Shown here one piece after another: positions 24,701-53,000 of a DNA stretch of 64,000 bases. This stretch comes from Lama guanicoe (Eukaryota). Under the pieces are notes generated by a model that was not told the DNA's origin, ran no database searches, and saw only the letters and a program-made list of their open reading frames with translations. Position numbers and translations under genes: made by a program. The stretch's first letter is position 1, and every line of letters starts with the position of its first letter. The stretch spans positions 15,802,373-15,866,372 of the forward strand of contig MU053881.1 in NCBI GenBank assembly GCA_013239625.1. The letters run 5' to 3'.

Positions 24701-27700
24701 TCCATGGTGAGCCAGGCCCACCTGAAGCCACGCCCAGCTGTCAATGCCCTCCCCACGCCCAGGTCAAGGGGACTTGTTGATGGAGCCCACAGAAGACTCA
24801 TAACCTGTGGGCATGTATCCCAAAATTATTGTTTCCAAACCTCAACCGGCCCCTTCTCCCCAGGGGCCCAGGAGGAGGAAGTGAAAGTCAGGGCTCAGCA
24901 TCTCAGTGTCGCTAACATCTCCGTGCCCCTGCCTCAGTCCTCCTGCTTCTCAGGGTGACCTGCGCTGAGATCTTGCATCACTGGTGGTGGTGATCAAAGT
25001 GGAGGTGACCCAAGTGTCCAACCACAGGGGTTGGCTTGGGACACAAAAGCCCGTTTCCTCTTGATGATTAAGAGCCCAGGTGACCCGGGATCAAAACGCA
25101 GCTCCTCTACTAACCAGTTGTGTCACCTCTGACAACTCACTCCCTCTCTCAGAGCTTTAGTTTCCCCCACTGGAAAATGGGGTTAAGGCTGGTCTCCATA
25201 TCCCACTGCTCCGCCTCCCCTCGGACACCCCAGACGTTCCGCTGGGATCCATGGGCTGGCTGGCTGAGAAACTCACCAGGATGTAATCGGCCCACATGTC
25301 CCTGGCTGATTTCAGGGCTGCCTGGCGCAACTTCATGACGTGCTCATAGCGTGAGTCAGACCAGTGTTTGGGGCCCTCCTCATCTGGGTAGGACCTGTGG
25401 AGAGGCAGCTATGATGTGGGAAGCCCAGGGCAGAGGGCCCGAGCTGGCTGCATGTGGGTTAGTCAGAGAGGGCTTCCTGGAGGAGGGGAGGTATAAGCTG
25501 GATCTGAAGGATGGGAAGAAGCAAGGAGAAAACAGGAGGAGGGAGGTCTGTTCCCAGTAGGGGGTAAGGCATGTGCAAAAGCCCAGAGAGGAAGAAAGTT
25601 TGGAGAAGGGGGAAGGGGCCTCTACTGACTTGCAAGGACATCCCCAAGGGTGAGGGGGAGCCACTGGGAGAGAAGATACAGAGCAGAAGAAAACTTGAAG
25701 CTTGTCCTTCCAGACTCCTAACCTGATCTGGGCAGTGGGTGGGAACAGAAATAAATTCTGAAAGAGTGAAAGGAAACAAGGGTCCACACTGCCTGGGGCT
25801 CACGGGGTAGCTAAGCAGCAGAGCTGGTGCCAGGGCTGAGTGACACAGGGAACAAAGCAGTGGGCGTCCACCAGAAAGACCAGAGAGCGAAGGAATTCCC
25901 AGTGGAGCCAACAATGGGGGCAAAGGTCTGGAGTGAGGATTACGGCCCATTGGTGAAGATGAGTTGGGGTCAGAGTCGTCAGAGCCCGGGCTTAAGGCTG
26001 CAGAGTGGGGCTGGAACATCAGGGGCTGGGGGCTGGGGTCTGTCCCAGGATGATGGGGAGACATGGAGAGTGTGTGAGCAGGGGTATAGTCGAGTCCAAC
26101 TGGGGGCGGGGGTCAGGGCAAGGCCTGATGCTCACCTGGGTTCCTCGGCTGGCCGCCACTCTACAGAGTGGTACAAACTCTTCACGGCCACCAGCCATTC
26201 CCGAAGTACTGCTGACGTTTTGTCTGAGTTGTGGTCCGTGGCCACCCTGCAAATGGAGCGGGACTGTCAGCGAAGTTAGGGAGACGGAGGCAAGACAGGC
26301 GGCAGGGAGACCACAAGGGATCCCACGTCTCAGCTGCATAGCCCGGGACAAGACAGATGCTTCCCTGATCCATGCCCCAGTTTTCCCATCTGTAACACAG
26401 GGTGAGGACACGGCCCACTTCACTGGGCTATAAAGGGGATTAAGTGAGCTAATTTTGGAAAAACACATTTAGATGATATGGTACTAGGGAGCATCTAGGA
26501 ACTTATAACAATGTTTGGTACTAAATATGCGTGATTTAATAAAAATAGATGTCATACAGCCCTGCCCCGCCTTCCACGATTCTCTCCTATGAGCTAACCC
26601 ACCTCAGAGTGGGCTGTGGTCATTCATTCATTCAACAAACATTCTTAAACACCACCTGTGTGCTTGGATTATCCAAGATTGAGGAAAGGGGAATATTTAG
26701 GAATCTAGTTTGACTACTCAGCCGAGAGCTATTCTCCCAAATGAACTGTTGAGTCGACAACCAGGATAATAGTCATAACAATAATTAACAACAATAATGA
26801 TAATAATAACTACAGCTCTGGTCACTGATGCCAGGCACAAGGGCTTCACACTCATTAACTGGTTCACCTTAAGAGACAAACCCAACCAGAATTATATTAA
26901 TAACCCCATTTTCCAGTTGCGGAAAGTGAAGCAGGAGGCAAGAAGTCACCAGTCAGATTTGTTCATGGCCCTGCCCCATTCGGCTTCCAGGAAGGATCTA
27001 CTTTCCCTTCTCTGTCACCTGTCCTGTACACCCCGACCCCAACTCCAGTCAGAAGGCAGGGGTTCTGATTCAGGCGGGGGTCGGAGATCCACACAGCAGC
27101 AGGAGCGGAAAGACTTTCAGTTAGTATAAGTGTGATGTGGGCCACGGCAACGCCCCAGGGCGGGGTGGAAGGGGGAGGCCCTCAAGCTTCCCTTTTTTGA
27201 AGCTGTGTGTGCTCCCTAGTGGGTTAGGGGGTTAGTTCCAGACAGAGCGGCACGCATGGTCGCCGATATGCTAATGGCGGGCCAGAAGGCAGGGCAGCGG
27301 CCCCACCCACTCTAAAGGGGACAGCGGGCAAAAGCGCGGTTCCGGTCGGTCCTAATGGGGCTGGGGGAAAGCAAGAAGGAAGGCGCCCACGGGTCTGGCC
27401 CGCCCGATTGGGACAACAAGCAGCGGGCACGCGTGGGTCTTGGCCGGCCCTGCCTGGTGGCAAGACAGCAGGCAGGGCGCGGCATGGACCCGCCGGGATG
27501 GGGGCAGCAGGCCGGATGCGGAGCCGGTGGGCGCCGCGCTCACCAGAGGGCCGTGCGCTCCCGCGGGTGCCGCAGCCGCTCCAGCGCGCCCAGCGTGGCG
27601 GGCAGCGCGTGGGCCGCGTTGCGCGCCAGCAGCGCGATGAGCACGCGCGGCGCCTGCAGCGGCGACTCGGGGCTCCAGCGCTCTTCGGGGAAGTAGGCGA

Positions 27701-27806
27701 CAGCGCCCGGCGGGCCCCCCGGAGGCGGCACCGCCAACAGCAGCAGCAGCAGCAGCGCCAGGAGCGGCCTCCCGTGCCGCCGGCACGCGCGTGGGGCCGC
27801 CGCCAT
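8716..27806 (-). CDS. COLGALT1: Procollagen galactosyltransferase 1, whole gene, 12 coding exons, 1872 nt = 623 aa + stop
   Basis: Exons 27806-27544, 26246-26136, 25394-25277, 21665-21531, 20364-20160, 17927-17808, 12173-12097, 12018-11912, 11652-11520, 10279-10152, 9422-9216, 8983-8716. All introns are GT-AG and phases are consistent. Signal peptide, VDAD/FEDD/DWD acidic motifs, C-terminal RDEL. Confidence 0.98.
9216..9422 (-). CDS. COLGALT1: COLGALT1 exon 11 ([14 protein letters not shown]...MFDKHPV)
   Basis: ccccag| ... |gtgagc; 207 nt. Confidence 0.97.
10152..10279 (-). CDS. COLGALT1: COLGALT1 exon 10 ([18 protein letters not shown]...LDWDLI)
   Basis: gtcag| ... |gtgagt; 128 nt. Confidence 0.97.
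11520..11652 (-). CDS. COLGALT1: COLGALT1 exon 9 ([44 protein letters not shown])
   Basis: ttgcag| ... |gtgggt; 133 nt; GT25-family GCFLSH motif. Confidence 0.97.
11912..12018 (-). CDS. COLGALT1: COLGALT1 exon 8 ([16 protein letters not shown]...AVDGK)
   Basis: ccgcag| ... |gtgagt; 107 nt. Confidence 0.96.
12097..12173 (-). CDS. COLGALT1: COLGALT1 exon 7 ([26 protein letters not shown])
   Basis: cggcag| ... |gtgggc; 77 nt. Confidence 0.95.
12805..13090 (+). mobile_element. MLT1-family LTR 5' part
   Basis: TGTTATGGGTTAAATTGTGTCCTCCCC...ATTTAGAAATAGGACCTTCACAGAGGTG. Confidence 0.8.
13735..15245 (+). mobile_element. MER21/MER77-like ERVL LTR interrupted by an L1
   Basis: LTR flanks rejoin across the L1 (…GAGAGGTCTGGCCT|TTGCTTCTAGC…). 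Confidence 0.6.
13798..14702 (+). mobile_element. 5'-truncated artiodactyl L1 (ORF2 C-terminus + 3'UTR with TA/CA microsatellite), TSD ~AGAGAGG..CTGGCCT
   Basis: ORF2 peptide [42 protein letters not shown]. Confidence 0.92.
15670..15875 (+). mobile_element. L1 3' end fragment with (TA)n ~15758-15792
   Basis: CAGCACAGGGAACTATATTCACTATCTTG. Confidence 0.8.
17037..17175 (+). mobile_element. Camelid tRNA-Ala SINE
   Basis: A-box/B-box tRNA head plus A-rich tail. Confidence 0.88.
17808..17927 (-). CDS. COLGALT1: COLGALT1 exon 6 ([22 protein letters not shown]...LEVM)
   Basis: ccccag| ... |gtgagt; 120 nt. Confidence 0.97.
18255..18460 (+). mobile_element. L1 3' end fragment
   Basis: Same family as 3915-4160. 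Confidence 0.8.
18610..19795 (+). mobile_element. MER58B-like DNA transposon split by a MER21-like LTR (~18866-19710)
   Basis: AAAGGGCCAG..TAAATATTTAGGCTTGTGGGCC ... GATTTGGCCCATAGGCCATAGTTTG; LTR starts TGTGATATTG. Confidence 0.7.
20160..20364 (-). CDS. COLGALT1: COLGALT1 exon 5 ([15 protein letters not shown]...FAFSCKQA)
   Basis: ccacag| ... |gtgagc; 205 nt. Confidence 0.97.
21531..21665 (-). CDS. COLGALT1: COLGALT1 exon 4 ([12 protein letters not shown]...NFWCGMTSQ)
   Basis: ttgcag| ... |gtcagg; 135 nt; DxD motif. Confidence 0.97.
22800..23392 (+). mobile_element. L1MB-like 3' fragment
   Basis: CAGCCATAAAGAGGAGTGG, TGAGTGAAAGAAGTCAGAC, AATTTTATGTTATGTGAGTTG. Confidence 0.8.
24467..24680 (+). 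mobile_element. MLT1 LTR 5' fragment
   Basis: TGTTGTGGGCTGAATGG...CTTATTTGGAAATAGGGTCTTT. Confidence 0.75.
25277..25394 (-). CDS. COLGALT1: COLGALT1 exon 3 ([39 protein letters not shown])
   Basis: ccacag| ... |gtgagt; 118 nt. Confidence 0.97.
26136..26246 (-). CDS. COLGALT1: COLGALT1 exon 2 ([37 protein letters not shown])
   Basis: ttgcag| ... |gtgagc; 111 nt. Confidence 0.97.
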
Positions 27807-28150
27807 CGCGCCACGCGTCGCCTTTAAGCCGCTTTTCTGCCGGCAGACGCAGATCGCGCCTTAAAGGGGCGGTCGGGGGTGCCCCGCCCCTGCTGCGCGC
27901 CTTAAAGGGGAGGAGAGCTCCCGGCGTGAGTCAGCTGCCTGGGCCCGCCTCCCAATGATCTTAAAGACACAAAGTGCATCCAGCCCTCAGCAGCCGCCCG
28001 CCCAGTGCAATGTCAGTCTGCTGGCCAGCCCGTTACGCCCGGTCCTGGCTCCCTCCATCCAGACGCGGAGCGCTCGGAACATTGGTCTGTGCTGTGAAAG
28101 TGTCAGAGCTCAGAATCTGCCCTGCCTCTTGGCGAGTGCCCCCGGGACCC
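27130..28150. promoter_or_regulatory. CpG island / COLGALT1 promoter with GC boxes, four CTTTAAG motifs and an AP-1/ARE-like GTGAGTCAGC (27926-27935)
   Basis: Dense CpG around exon 1; GGGCGG boxes. Confidence 0.85.
27544..27806 (-). CDS. COLGALT1: COLGALT1 exon 1 (signal peptide; [29 protein letters not shown])
   Basis: ATG in CpG island; donor TG|GTGAGC. Confidence 0.97.
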
Positions 28151-29039
28151 TCAACTCCTCAACTGATTTTCCGTCCAACTTACATTTGCATTAAGACCTT
28201 GGCTGTGTCACCAGGCGCACCTGAATAGTTACTATCTGGTTTGGGACTCGAAAGATCTGAGCCTCAGTTTCCTCTGCTGCAGCATGAGTTTTAGTTTTCA
28301 ACCTGCTAGTTCTCAGTCTCCCTGGGATGTTCTCAGGGGTTGTTGGGTCCTAAGCGCACGGGCCCTTGTGTCCCCAGACCTGGGCTTCAAATCCAGCCCC
28401 CGCGTGGGCTTGCTGTGTGGGCCTCAGTTTGTCTATCTGTAAAATAAAGACCCCGCAAAGTTGATGTGAAGATGGAACGTGCTGAGCACGCGCTCCGGAG
28501 GCAAGTGGGCGTTCCCATAGAAATGCTACAAGAAGACTGTTACCCAATAATCTATTTTCTAATTGATCATTTTCGTGGCATTCTTAAAAATGAAGTTTTA
28601 AGAATGATGCTCAAATCTATATTCACGTGAGTGGTGGGGGAGAGGCTCAATATTGTTAAGTAAAATTCAGGGCACAGATAGTGTGTCCTCAATGTGGGCA
28701 AAGGACAGTAGAGCAAAAGTCAGGAAAAGTGACGAAAGTCTCATTCTCTCAAGGAAGGATGAAAATTCCCGGGCAGAATGAGAGGAAACCATGGAGTGTG
28801 CATTTCCCTCTCTGAAAGCTGAACTGAGAAAAACACTGGGGAAATCCCTCCGGAACCTACTCCAGAGCAGCTGGAAGACTTGTGATGTGGAGAAGCTGCC
28901 AACCTCCAGTGGACAGATGACTTTTCTGGCAAGCAGAAGGAAGCCATAAAAGTTCTACTCTCAGCTGGGAAACTTGATACCAAATTAAGATTGAGAGCAA
29001 GTAGACAAACCCAAAAGGCCCACAGGAAGCTGAGAAAAA

Positions 29040-29500
29040 AAAATCTGTAGCCTGTAGAACAAAGTGTTAATATCCTTAATATACAATGAGTTATTAGAGA
29101 TCAATAAGCAAAAGATAAAATCTCCTGAAGACAAAAGTAGGTAAAAGCCATGAAGAGGAAATTCACTAAAACAAAACGTATAAACACACAAATATATAAA
29201 TGGTCAATAAACATATTTTTAGGTTCAATTTAGTCATGAAAGAAATTCCAAATGAAACAATGAAATTTGTATGTCTATCAAATTGTCAGTTTTTTCTTTT
29301 ATGAAAATTCCTAGTATTTGGAAAGGATATGGAGAATATGCACAATGTTTGCTGGTGGGAGTAAATAAGGCATATCCTTTCTGGAGAGGAGTCAGGTGGA
29401 GGTGTGGGGGGGGGTTATAAAAGCCTTGAAATGGTACATATGCTTTGACTCAGAAATTCCACTAGTAGACATTTATCCATTGGAAACAACAATGAATGTG
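29040..29500 (+). mobile_element. Old L1M(E)-like fragment in the NIBAN3 3' region
   Basis: A-rich degenerate ORF2-end motifs (TTTGACTCAGAAATTCCACTAGTAG). Confidence 0.55.
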
Positions 29501-29509
29501 GGCAGTGAT

Positions 29510-46380
<16,871 letters not shown>

Positions 46381-48386
46381 TCTGCTGCTGTCTTCTGCAC
46401 TCCCTTGAGAGTGAAGCAAACACCCCTCCCCTCCACACAACCCCCTAAGGCTCCTCAGCTCAGGGGCACCCTGGGAGCAGGGTGGCCTGTGAGGGACCTG
46501 GCTGCTGTGGAGGCCAGCTGTCTGGGGTCAGAAGCCAGAGTCTGGTCCTGGTGTGGGTGTGGGATGCCTGCTTCTCGCCCTGCCCTGCTCCACCCACCCT
46601 GCACCTGTGTCCTCCTGGTTCCCCTGGGGCCAAGTCCCCCAGAGCTGGTGGTTTCTGTAGGGGCTGTCCCGGGAGTGGAGGTAGAAGACAAAAGTCCTAG
46701 CTGGCCTTGGAGGCGGAGGGCAGATATCTGGCAGGACCTGCGAGTAGTTGTTAGTGTGTGGGGGCAGAGTGGACAGGGATGTACCTACCCCCACCCTCAC
46801 TGTACCCACTCCATGCTGGGCAATTCTGGGTCCTAAGCCGATCCAGCCCTGGCTCAGCCCCAGGTTGGGAAGATAGAACTAGACAGACAAACCTGGTCCC
46901 AGGGTTCAGTGTTGGGGCAGGGGGAGCTGGTGGGGAGCCTTTGCTGTGCCCTGGACTGCTGGGGCATGTCCCTTCTGTTTCTGCTTTTACCAGTCTGTCC
47001 TCTATCAGCACATATAGCACTGGACTGGGTCTGATTAGTTGGGTCTCCCTACCTCTTCACCTGTTTTTCCAGTGTTTGGCACAAAGCAGCCATCAGTGTT
47101 TGGCAAAGGAAAGAAGGAAGCGAGGGAGAGTGGGAAGGCAGGAAATCAGGAGGGAAGGCAAGCAGGAAGGGAAGAAGGTTGGTCTTCACTTCAGGCTGAA
47201 ATGTGATCAAATGTTTCACAGGCTTTCAAATGAGGGGAGTGTCAAGTTCAAGTGGGCAGAACATGGACATAATGGCTGGAGCACAAGCAGTCACTTTGGA
47301 GCATGAGGTTAAACTCACTTGACAATGAATCAACTATGATGTCACTTGAGGGGTTCCCCAAAGATCTCATGACATTGCTTCACCAGTTCTGGGGGGCCTC
47401 CCTCCAGAGAAAGAGCTAGACCTCCACTCTGTTTAAATCACCAGGAACATCTGACTGTAATCCTCACCAATGCACCAGGATTCATTTCTGCTTTCAACAA
47501 GTCTCCATACCATGACATGTGCCAGCCCTGAGCTAACCACTGGGGATGCAGATGTAGGCAAAACAGACCACAGTCCAGCTCCCATGCTCCACTGGCGAGC
47601 ACAATAACAAAACTGTCAGATAATAAGGGAAAGGGAGAAAAATGGAGTAAGAAGAAATAGAAAATACAAGGGGTGAGGAGGGATCAGGGAGATTATGTTG
47701 CACCAAGACCTGAAGGAAGAAAGGGCCAAGACATGCAAAAAGCTGGAAGAAAGAGAATACTGGGCAGTAGGCACAGCATATACAAAGGCCCTGGGGTGGG
47801 GATGGGGTTGGTGGATTCCAGGAAGAGCACAGGCAGGTGGATTGGAGGGGAGTGAATGAGGAGCAAACGTTAGGTTCAAAGGTAGCCCAGGCAAGACCCC
47901 CAACACGGGGTACCTGTACCTATCTTATCACTTACCCTTCACTTCTCAGCCCCCCTGCCTTGGCCTCAGCCAGTGGCTTTGGGGGTCACAGCCACCTGCT
48001 GCTGCCCAACCTGGGCTGATTTCCTTCCAACCCTCTCCTCTGCTTTTCTCAGTCTGTTTCCACTCAGGTCCTATACCACTTCCTCCCTCTCACATCTGGG
48101 TAATCAACCCGGACAAGACGTTGAAGGAAACTTCCCTTTCTGTGGTTTCGGCTTTGAGGTTTCAATTCCCACCTCCCTCGCCCACCAGCCTCCGCCGCCA
48201 AGGTCCCTGGAGCCAGGCAAAGTTAACAGGTGGGCCACGAGCAGACATGCTCTGGGCAAAGGCTGCAGCTTTGACACAAAGAAGCAGCATCTTGGGGCAT
48301 TCAAGGCTCTGAGCAGGCCTGCAGCACGGCCAAATGTAGAGGTAAGGACTGGCCCTGTGTGTGCAGCGGGAGCTCGGCCAAGTGAG

Positions 48387-49556
48387 TGTGAGGGGTTGAA
48401 CTGTGTCCCCCCAAAGGGTACGTAAACAGGCCACTCCAAAAAACAGAAAACAACAAGTGTGAGTGAGGATGTGGAGACATTGGAACCCTTGTGCGCTGTT
48501 GGGTTGGTGGGAATGTAAAATGATACAACTGCTGTGGAGAACAGTGTGGAGGTGCCTCCAGAAATTAAAAATAGAATTACCATATGCATATGACCCAGTA
48601 ATTCCCCTTCTGTATGTAAATCCAAAAGAACTGAAACAGGCTCTCAAAGAGTTATTTGTACACGTGTTCACAGCAGCATTGTTCACAAGAGCTAGAACAC
48701 AGAAGCAACCCAAGTGTCCATTGATCGATGAATGGAAAAACACAATGTGGTATCTGCTTATGTTAAAAAGGAAGGAAATTCACACCTGCTGCACCATGGG
48801 TGAACCTTGAGAGCATCACACTGAGTGAAACAAGCCCGTCTCAAAAAGCCAAATACCCTATGATCCAATTATACGATGCACTTCAGAGGAGTCAAGATTC
48901 ATAAAGACAGAATGGTGGTTGCCAGGGCCGGGAGGACGGGAGAACGGGGAGTTGTGTTTAATAGATACAGAATTTCAGATTTACAAGATGAAAAGAGTTA
49001 TGGGGATGGATGGTGGTGATGGCTGCTTAAAAATGTGAATGTATTGAGTTACCACTGAACTGTATACTTAAAAATGGTTAAGAGGGTAAATTTTAAGTTA
49101 TGTGTATTTTAACACTTTTTTTAAAAAAAGGATACATCTACATCCTAACCCTTGGAACTTCAGAATGTGAGCTGATTTGGAATAAGCGTCTTTACAGACA
49201 TAATTAGTTAAGGATCCTGAGATGAGCTCATCCTGGATTTAGGGTGGTTCCATATCCAATGACAGGTGTCCTTATTAGAATAGGAAAGGACCCAGAGAGA
49301 CACACGCAGGGGGAAGGCCATGTGACAACAGAGGCAGAGATTGGAGTGAAGTGTCTACCAGCCAAGAAAAGGCCAAGAATTGCCGGCCTACCAGAGGCCA
49401 GGAGAGGAGCCTGGGACAGATTCTCTTGCAGAGTCCAGAAGAATCCAACCCTGTCAACACCTTGATTTCAGACTTTTGTGAACTGTGAGACAAATTTCAG
49501 TTGTTTTAAGCTACCCGGTTTGTGGTGCTTTGCTGTGGCAGCCTCAGGAAACGCAT
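48387..49556 (+). mobile_element. MLT1 LTR interrupted by an L1MA/MB fragment (~48423-49130)
   Basis: TSD ~AAAGG(G/A)TAC(G/A)T; L1 peptide [17 protein letters not shown]. Confidence 0.8.
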
Positions 49557-49688
49557 CTGGGGTGCCCGCCCCTGCCCTCCACGTGCTGGGATGAGGGATG
49601 CAGGTCAGGCGCTCCACCCGGGTACCCAGGGTCCCGCTGCCCACCAAGGACCATGAGACAGTGGGGAATTTTTCAAACAAATACTCCT

Positions 49689-49694
49689 TTTAAT
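49689..49694 (-). terminator. PGLS: Likely PGLS poly(A) signal ATTAAA
   Basis: ~200 nt after the stop codon. Confidence 0.7.
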
Positions 49695-49891
49695 AACTGA
49701 GTCGGCCAGAGCCACTGCTCACGGGCCAAGCCCCCGGGGCAGGGCTGGTGGCAGATCCCATCGGCTTCCAGTGGCACCGCCCGGCTTTTCTAAAATGAAG
49801 CCCGGAGCATGTTGGCAGCGGGGCCCAGCCCCAGAAGGTCACAGCCCACTTAAGCTGTGTGTGGTCCCAGCTGTAACATCTCTGGTGCCGG

Positions 49892-50029
49892 CTACAAAGT
49901 GGAATGTTTCTCGAAGGGCACAGTCAGGAGTCGGGCCGCTGCCTCATCCAGGAACCAGCAAAGTTTTCCTGTGCTGGGCTGGACCAGGGCAGCCGGGAGT
50001 GGTTTCTCCTCCTTGTCCTCCAAGATGCG
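49892..50029 (-). CDS. PGLS: PGLS exon 5 coding part ([18 protein letters not shown]...EKHSTL*)
   Basis: atacag| acceptor; TAG at 49892-49894. Confidence 0.97.
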   Translation of the reverse strand, partial: RILEDKEEKPLPAALVQPSTGKLCWFLDEAAARLLTVPFEKHSTL

Positions 50030-53000
50030 CTGTATGGAAAGGGCAGAAGCATAGGGTCCCGCACCCTCGGCGCCCCTTGGAGATCTCATACCCCACAAGA
50101 GGTGATGTAGCCCTTCCCACATGTCCTAGCATCCAGCAATCAGGAGGGATAGGGTCCTTTTCTTTCTGTCACCTGTGACTGCTTCATACTGGGGTCAGCG
50201 TGCCTTCACTGCAAAGACCAGGGTCACTATTTCGGCTCTGCCGATCACACCTCATCTGTCCCAGCTACTCAGATCTGCTGTTACAGGTCAAAAGCAGCAG
50301 CAGATGACTCATTAGCAAATGGGTGTGTCTGGGTCCCAACTAATCTTTACTCATGGACACTGAAATCTGAATTCTGCATGATGCCAGAGGTCTATCTATG
50401 TTTTGGATCTATTTACCATTAAGCTCTTAAGAATATTAACCAATTCATCGACTTCTGATTTGAATTTCACTTGTTCCTTCTGCTGATTCTTCTTAGACTT
50501 ATGTTATTGTTCCTTTTTCTAATTAAGTGCTTGATTTGTTTATTTCAATTCTTTCCTATTTAATAATTAAGTATATGTGCATGTGCACATACATGTACAC
50601 ATTAAGTGCCTTGAACTTACCTCTGAACACAGCTTTGGCCTCATCTCAATTTCACCTCATAATTGTTAACACTTAACTAGTCAGCAGTTTTCATCTTCCC
50701 TTCAACCCAAGAATTACTGAAGTATCTTGGGATCTGGTGTTTTCAGCACAATAGTGTCTGAGGCCATATTCTATGCCCACAACCTTTTTGGGAAGGGGGC
50801 CCTCGGCTGTTACCTTCAGAATAGCTGCCTTTCCTTCTCCAGTTGCTACAAAGATGACAGTTCGAGCTGCGTTCAGCACAGGAAGTGTGAGGGTCACGCG
50901 CTGAGGAGGGGGCTTTGGGGAGTCACTGATGGGGGCCACAATCTTCTCTTGCTCCTGGGGGAGGGAGGCCCAAGATGGAGACAGGAGGACAGCACTTGAC
51001 TTCTTGAGTATTCACATGCCAGGCACCGTCCATCCATCATTCCATGCCACCCTGCTAATCTTGTGGTACCTGATTTAAGGCCCCTGTTTTAAGATGGGTG
51101 AACTGAGGCTCAGAAGAGTTAAGCCCAGCAGGTCTGCCTCTTGGCAGAGGCTGACTCTGCCAACACTCCAGCCCTCCAGAAGCCCCAGATGGTGGAGGTT
51201 GAAGCTTGGGCACAAGCAGGGCCCTCGTGGGTGTGCTTACCTGCAGGAGAGGGTGGTCTGGGAAGAGTGAGCAGGTGTGGCCATCAGGACCCACACCCAG
51301 AATCAACAGGTCAAAAACTGGGATGGAATCCCCTTGAAAGGCCTGATTGGGGAAAGAAGACAGTCCTGAGATGTTGTCCCCAATTGTTGCCAAGATATGA
51401 AGACCTAGGCCCACTAGCAGGGTGTCAGAGGCCAGGCTGCACTTGGGGCCCGCACGAGCAGGGCTGTGGCTTCTCAGAAGGGGGATCCTCCAAGAGGTCT
51501 GCCATTTGTCCCTAGGGGGAGTTTCTGCCAGCAACAATCACTCAGTGCCACTGGCAGGGCTGCTCTGTCCCCCTGCGAGTGGCCACTGGGTAGATGAGGT
51601 CTCCCTGAAGCTGCTTCTAGGGACTCACCTGTCTCAGTTTTTTGGCATAATCCTCAGCCGCCTCCTCCACGGGCAGCTCGGGGTTAATGGTGATAACCTG
51701 GCTGTCAGGGATAGGCAGCCTGGAGAGCAGGTGGGTCTACGGCAGACAGAGGCACAGGGTCACCAACAGAAACACAGTTTGTGGCGGGCAGGGGGCATGC
51801 ACATGACCACCTGGATCCTCCACATGAGGACATGACTGTCATTACACCCACTTCCTGTATGAGTTGGGATCCTGGTGGCTCTCAGTGGCATTCCACCAGG
51901 GGTCTCTGAAGTCCATCGTGATTGGGAGACTCCCGGCCCCAGCCTGCACCTGTCTGGCCACACCACTGCCCTGTTTCTAAACCCCCAGGGTCCTCTGCGC
52001 CTTCAGAATAAAACCTGGCCCCTCACTGCCCTCCACAAAGCCCCGTTGACCTTCCTGCCCCAATCAGGTATACAAGCTGCCGCCCTTGCCTGGGAAACTT
52101 CTACACACCCCTCAGGCTGCCTAAGCAGTCAGCGCTGCCTATGCCTCCCCTATGCTCCTGCTTGGTAACTGTGTACCCTGCATGTAACGTGATAAGCAGC
52201 GATTTCTCTTCTGGGTTGCCTCTACAGGGTGAGCCTGCCCAGCACATAGCTGGTGCCCCAGCCTCCGATCAGCGGGGTTAACGCAGAAGCACTACGGAGT
52301 CAGGCCTCCTGCAAGGCAGAGGGCTCTAGCCCTCTCCCACAGTGATGAGCCCCAGGGCCTCTGATCTACTCTGGGATGGACGCTGGCAACCTTCACCTTG
52401 GTACCTCCTCTGAGACAGGAACTAGCTTTGCAAAGGCAATGCTGAGCTGATCCGCAAAGTGAAAGCAGGGAAACAGCAAAAATAGAGTGTGTTTGGAGCA
52501 GAGAGGAGAGATGGCATGAACATGGGTTAACCCACCAGATCTCATGGGGCTGAGCCCCCACCAAATGCTGGCCTGAGGAGTGTGGGTTCTGGATTGAGGG
52601 TGATGGGGAGCCAAGGTGGGTGTGTGAGCTGGAGAGGATCAGATCCATTGTTGGAAAGATCTGCTCTGACCAAAGTTTCCATCTACACACACCCTTGAGG
52701 ACTGTACCACAAAGCCAGGAGGGAGCATCAGTGCCCCGTTTCTGTCACCTGACGCCCCACCTTAGCTGCCCTTCCCCTGCAGGCTCAGAGCTTTTCCCTC
52801 TTCCTCAGGATGGGCTTCCAGGGTGCTCAAGGCTGGGTGTCATCAGTTGGGCAGGTTCCTAGAAGTGAAACTGCTGGCTGATCAGGCAAGTTCACGGTAA
52901 ACATCCCCAGAAAGGTAGCCCCAGCTAACCCTTCTAGTTTGGACAGCAGAAGGCCCATGGCGCAGATTGAACCATTCAGGTTTAGAGAGCCCCAAGGTGC

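Noticed and set aside
27737..27756. CAG/CTG triplet run
   Set aside because: Short run encoding the poly-Leu core of the COLGALT1 signal peptide; ordinary.
49850..49903. PGLS C-terminal STL as a peroxisomal PTS1, or a cryptic PTS1 by stop read-through
   Set aside because: STL lacks the basic middle residue; the TAG-CCG context is not a read-through motif, and the extension ends ...GPHTA.
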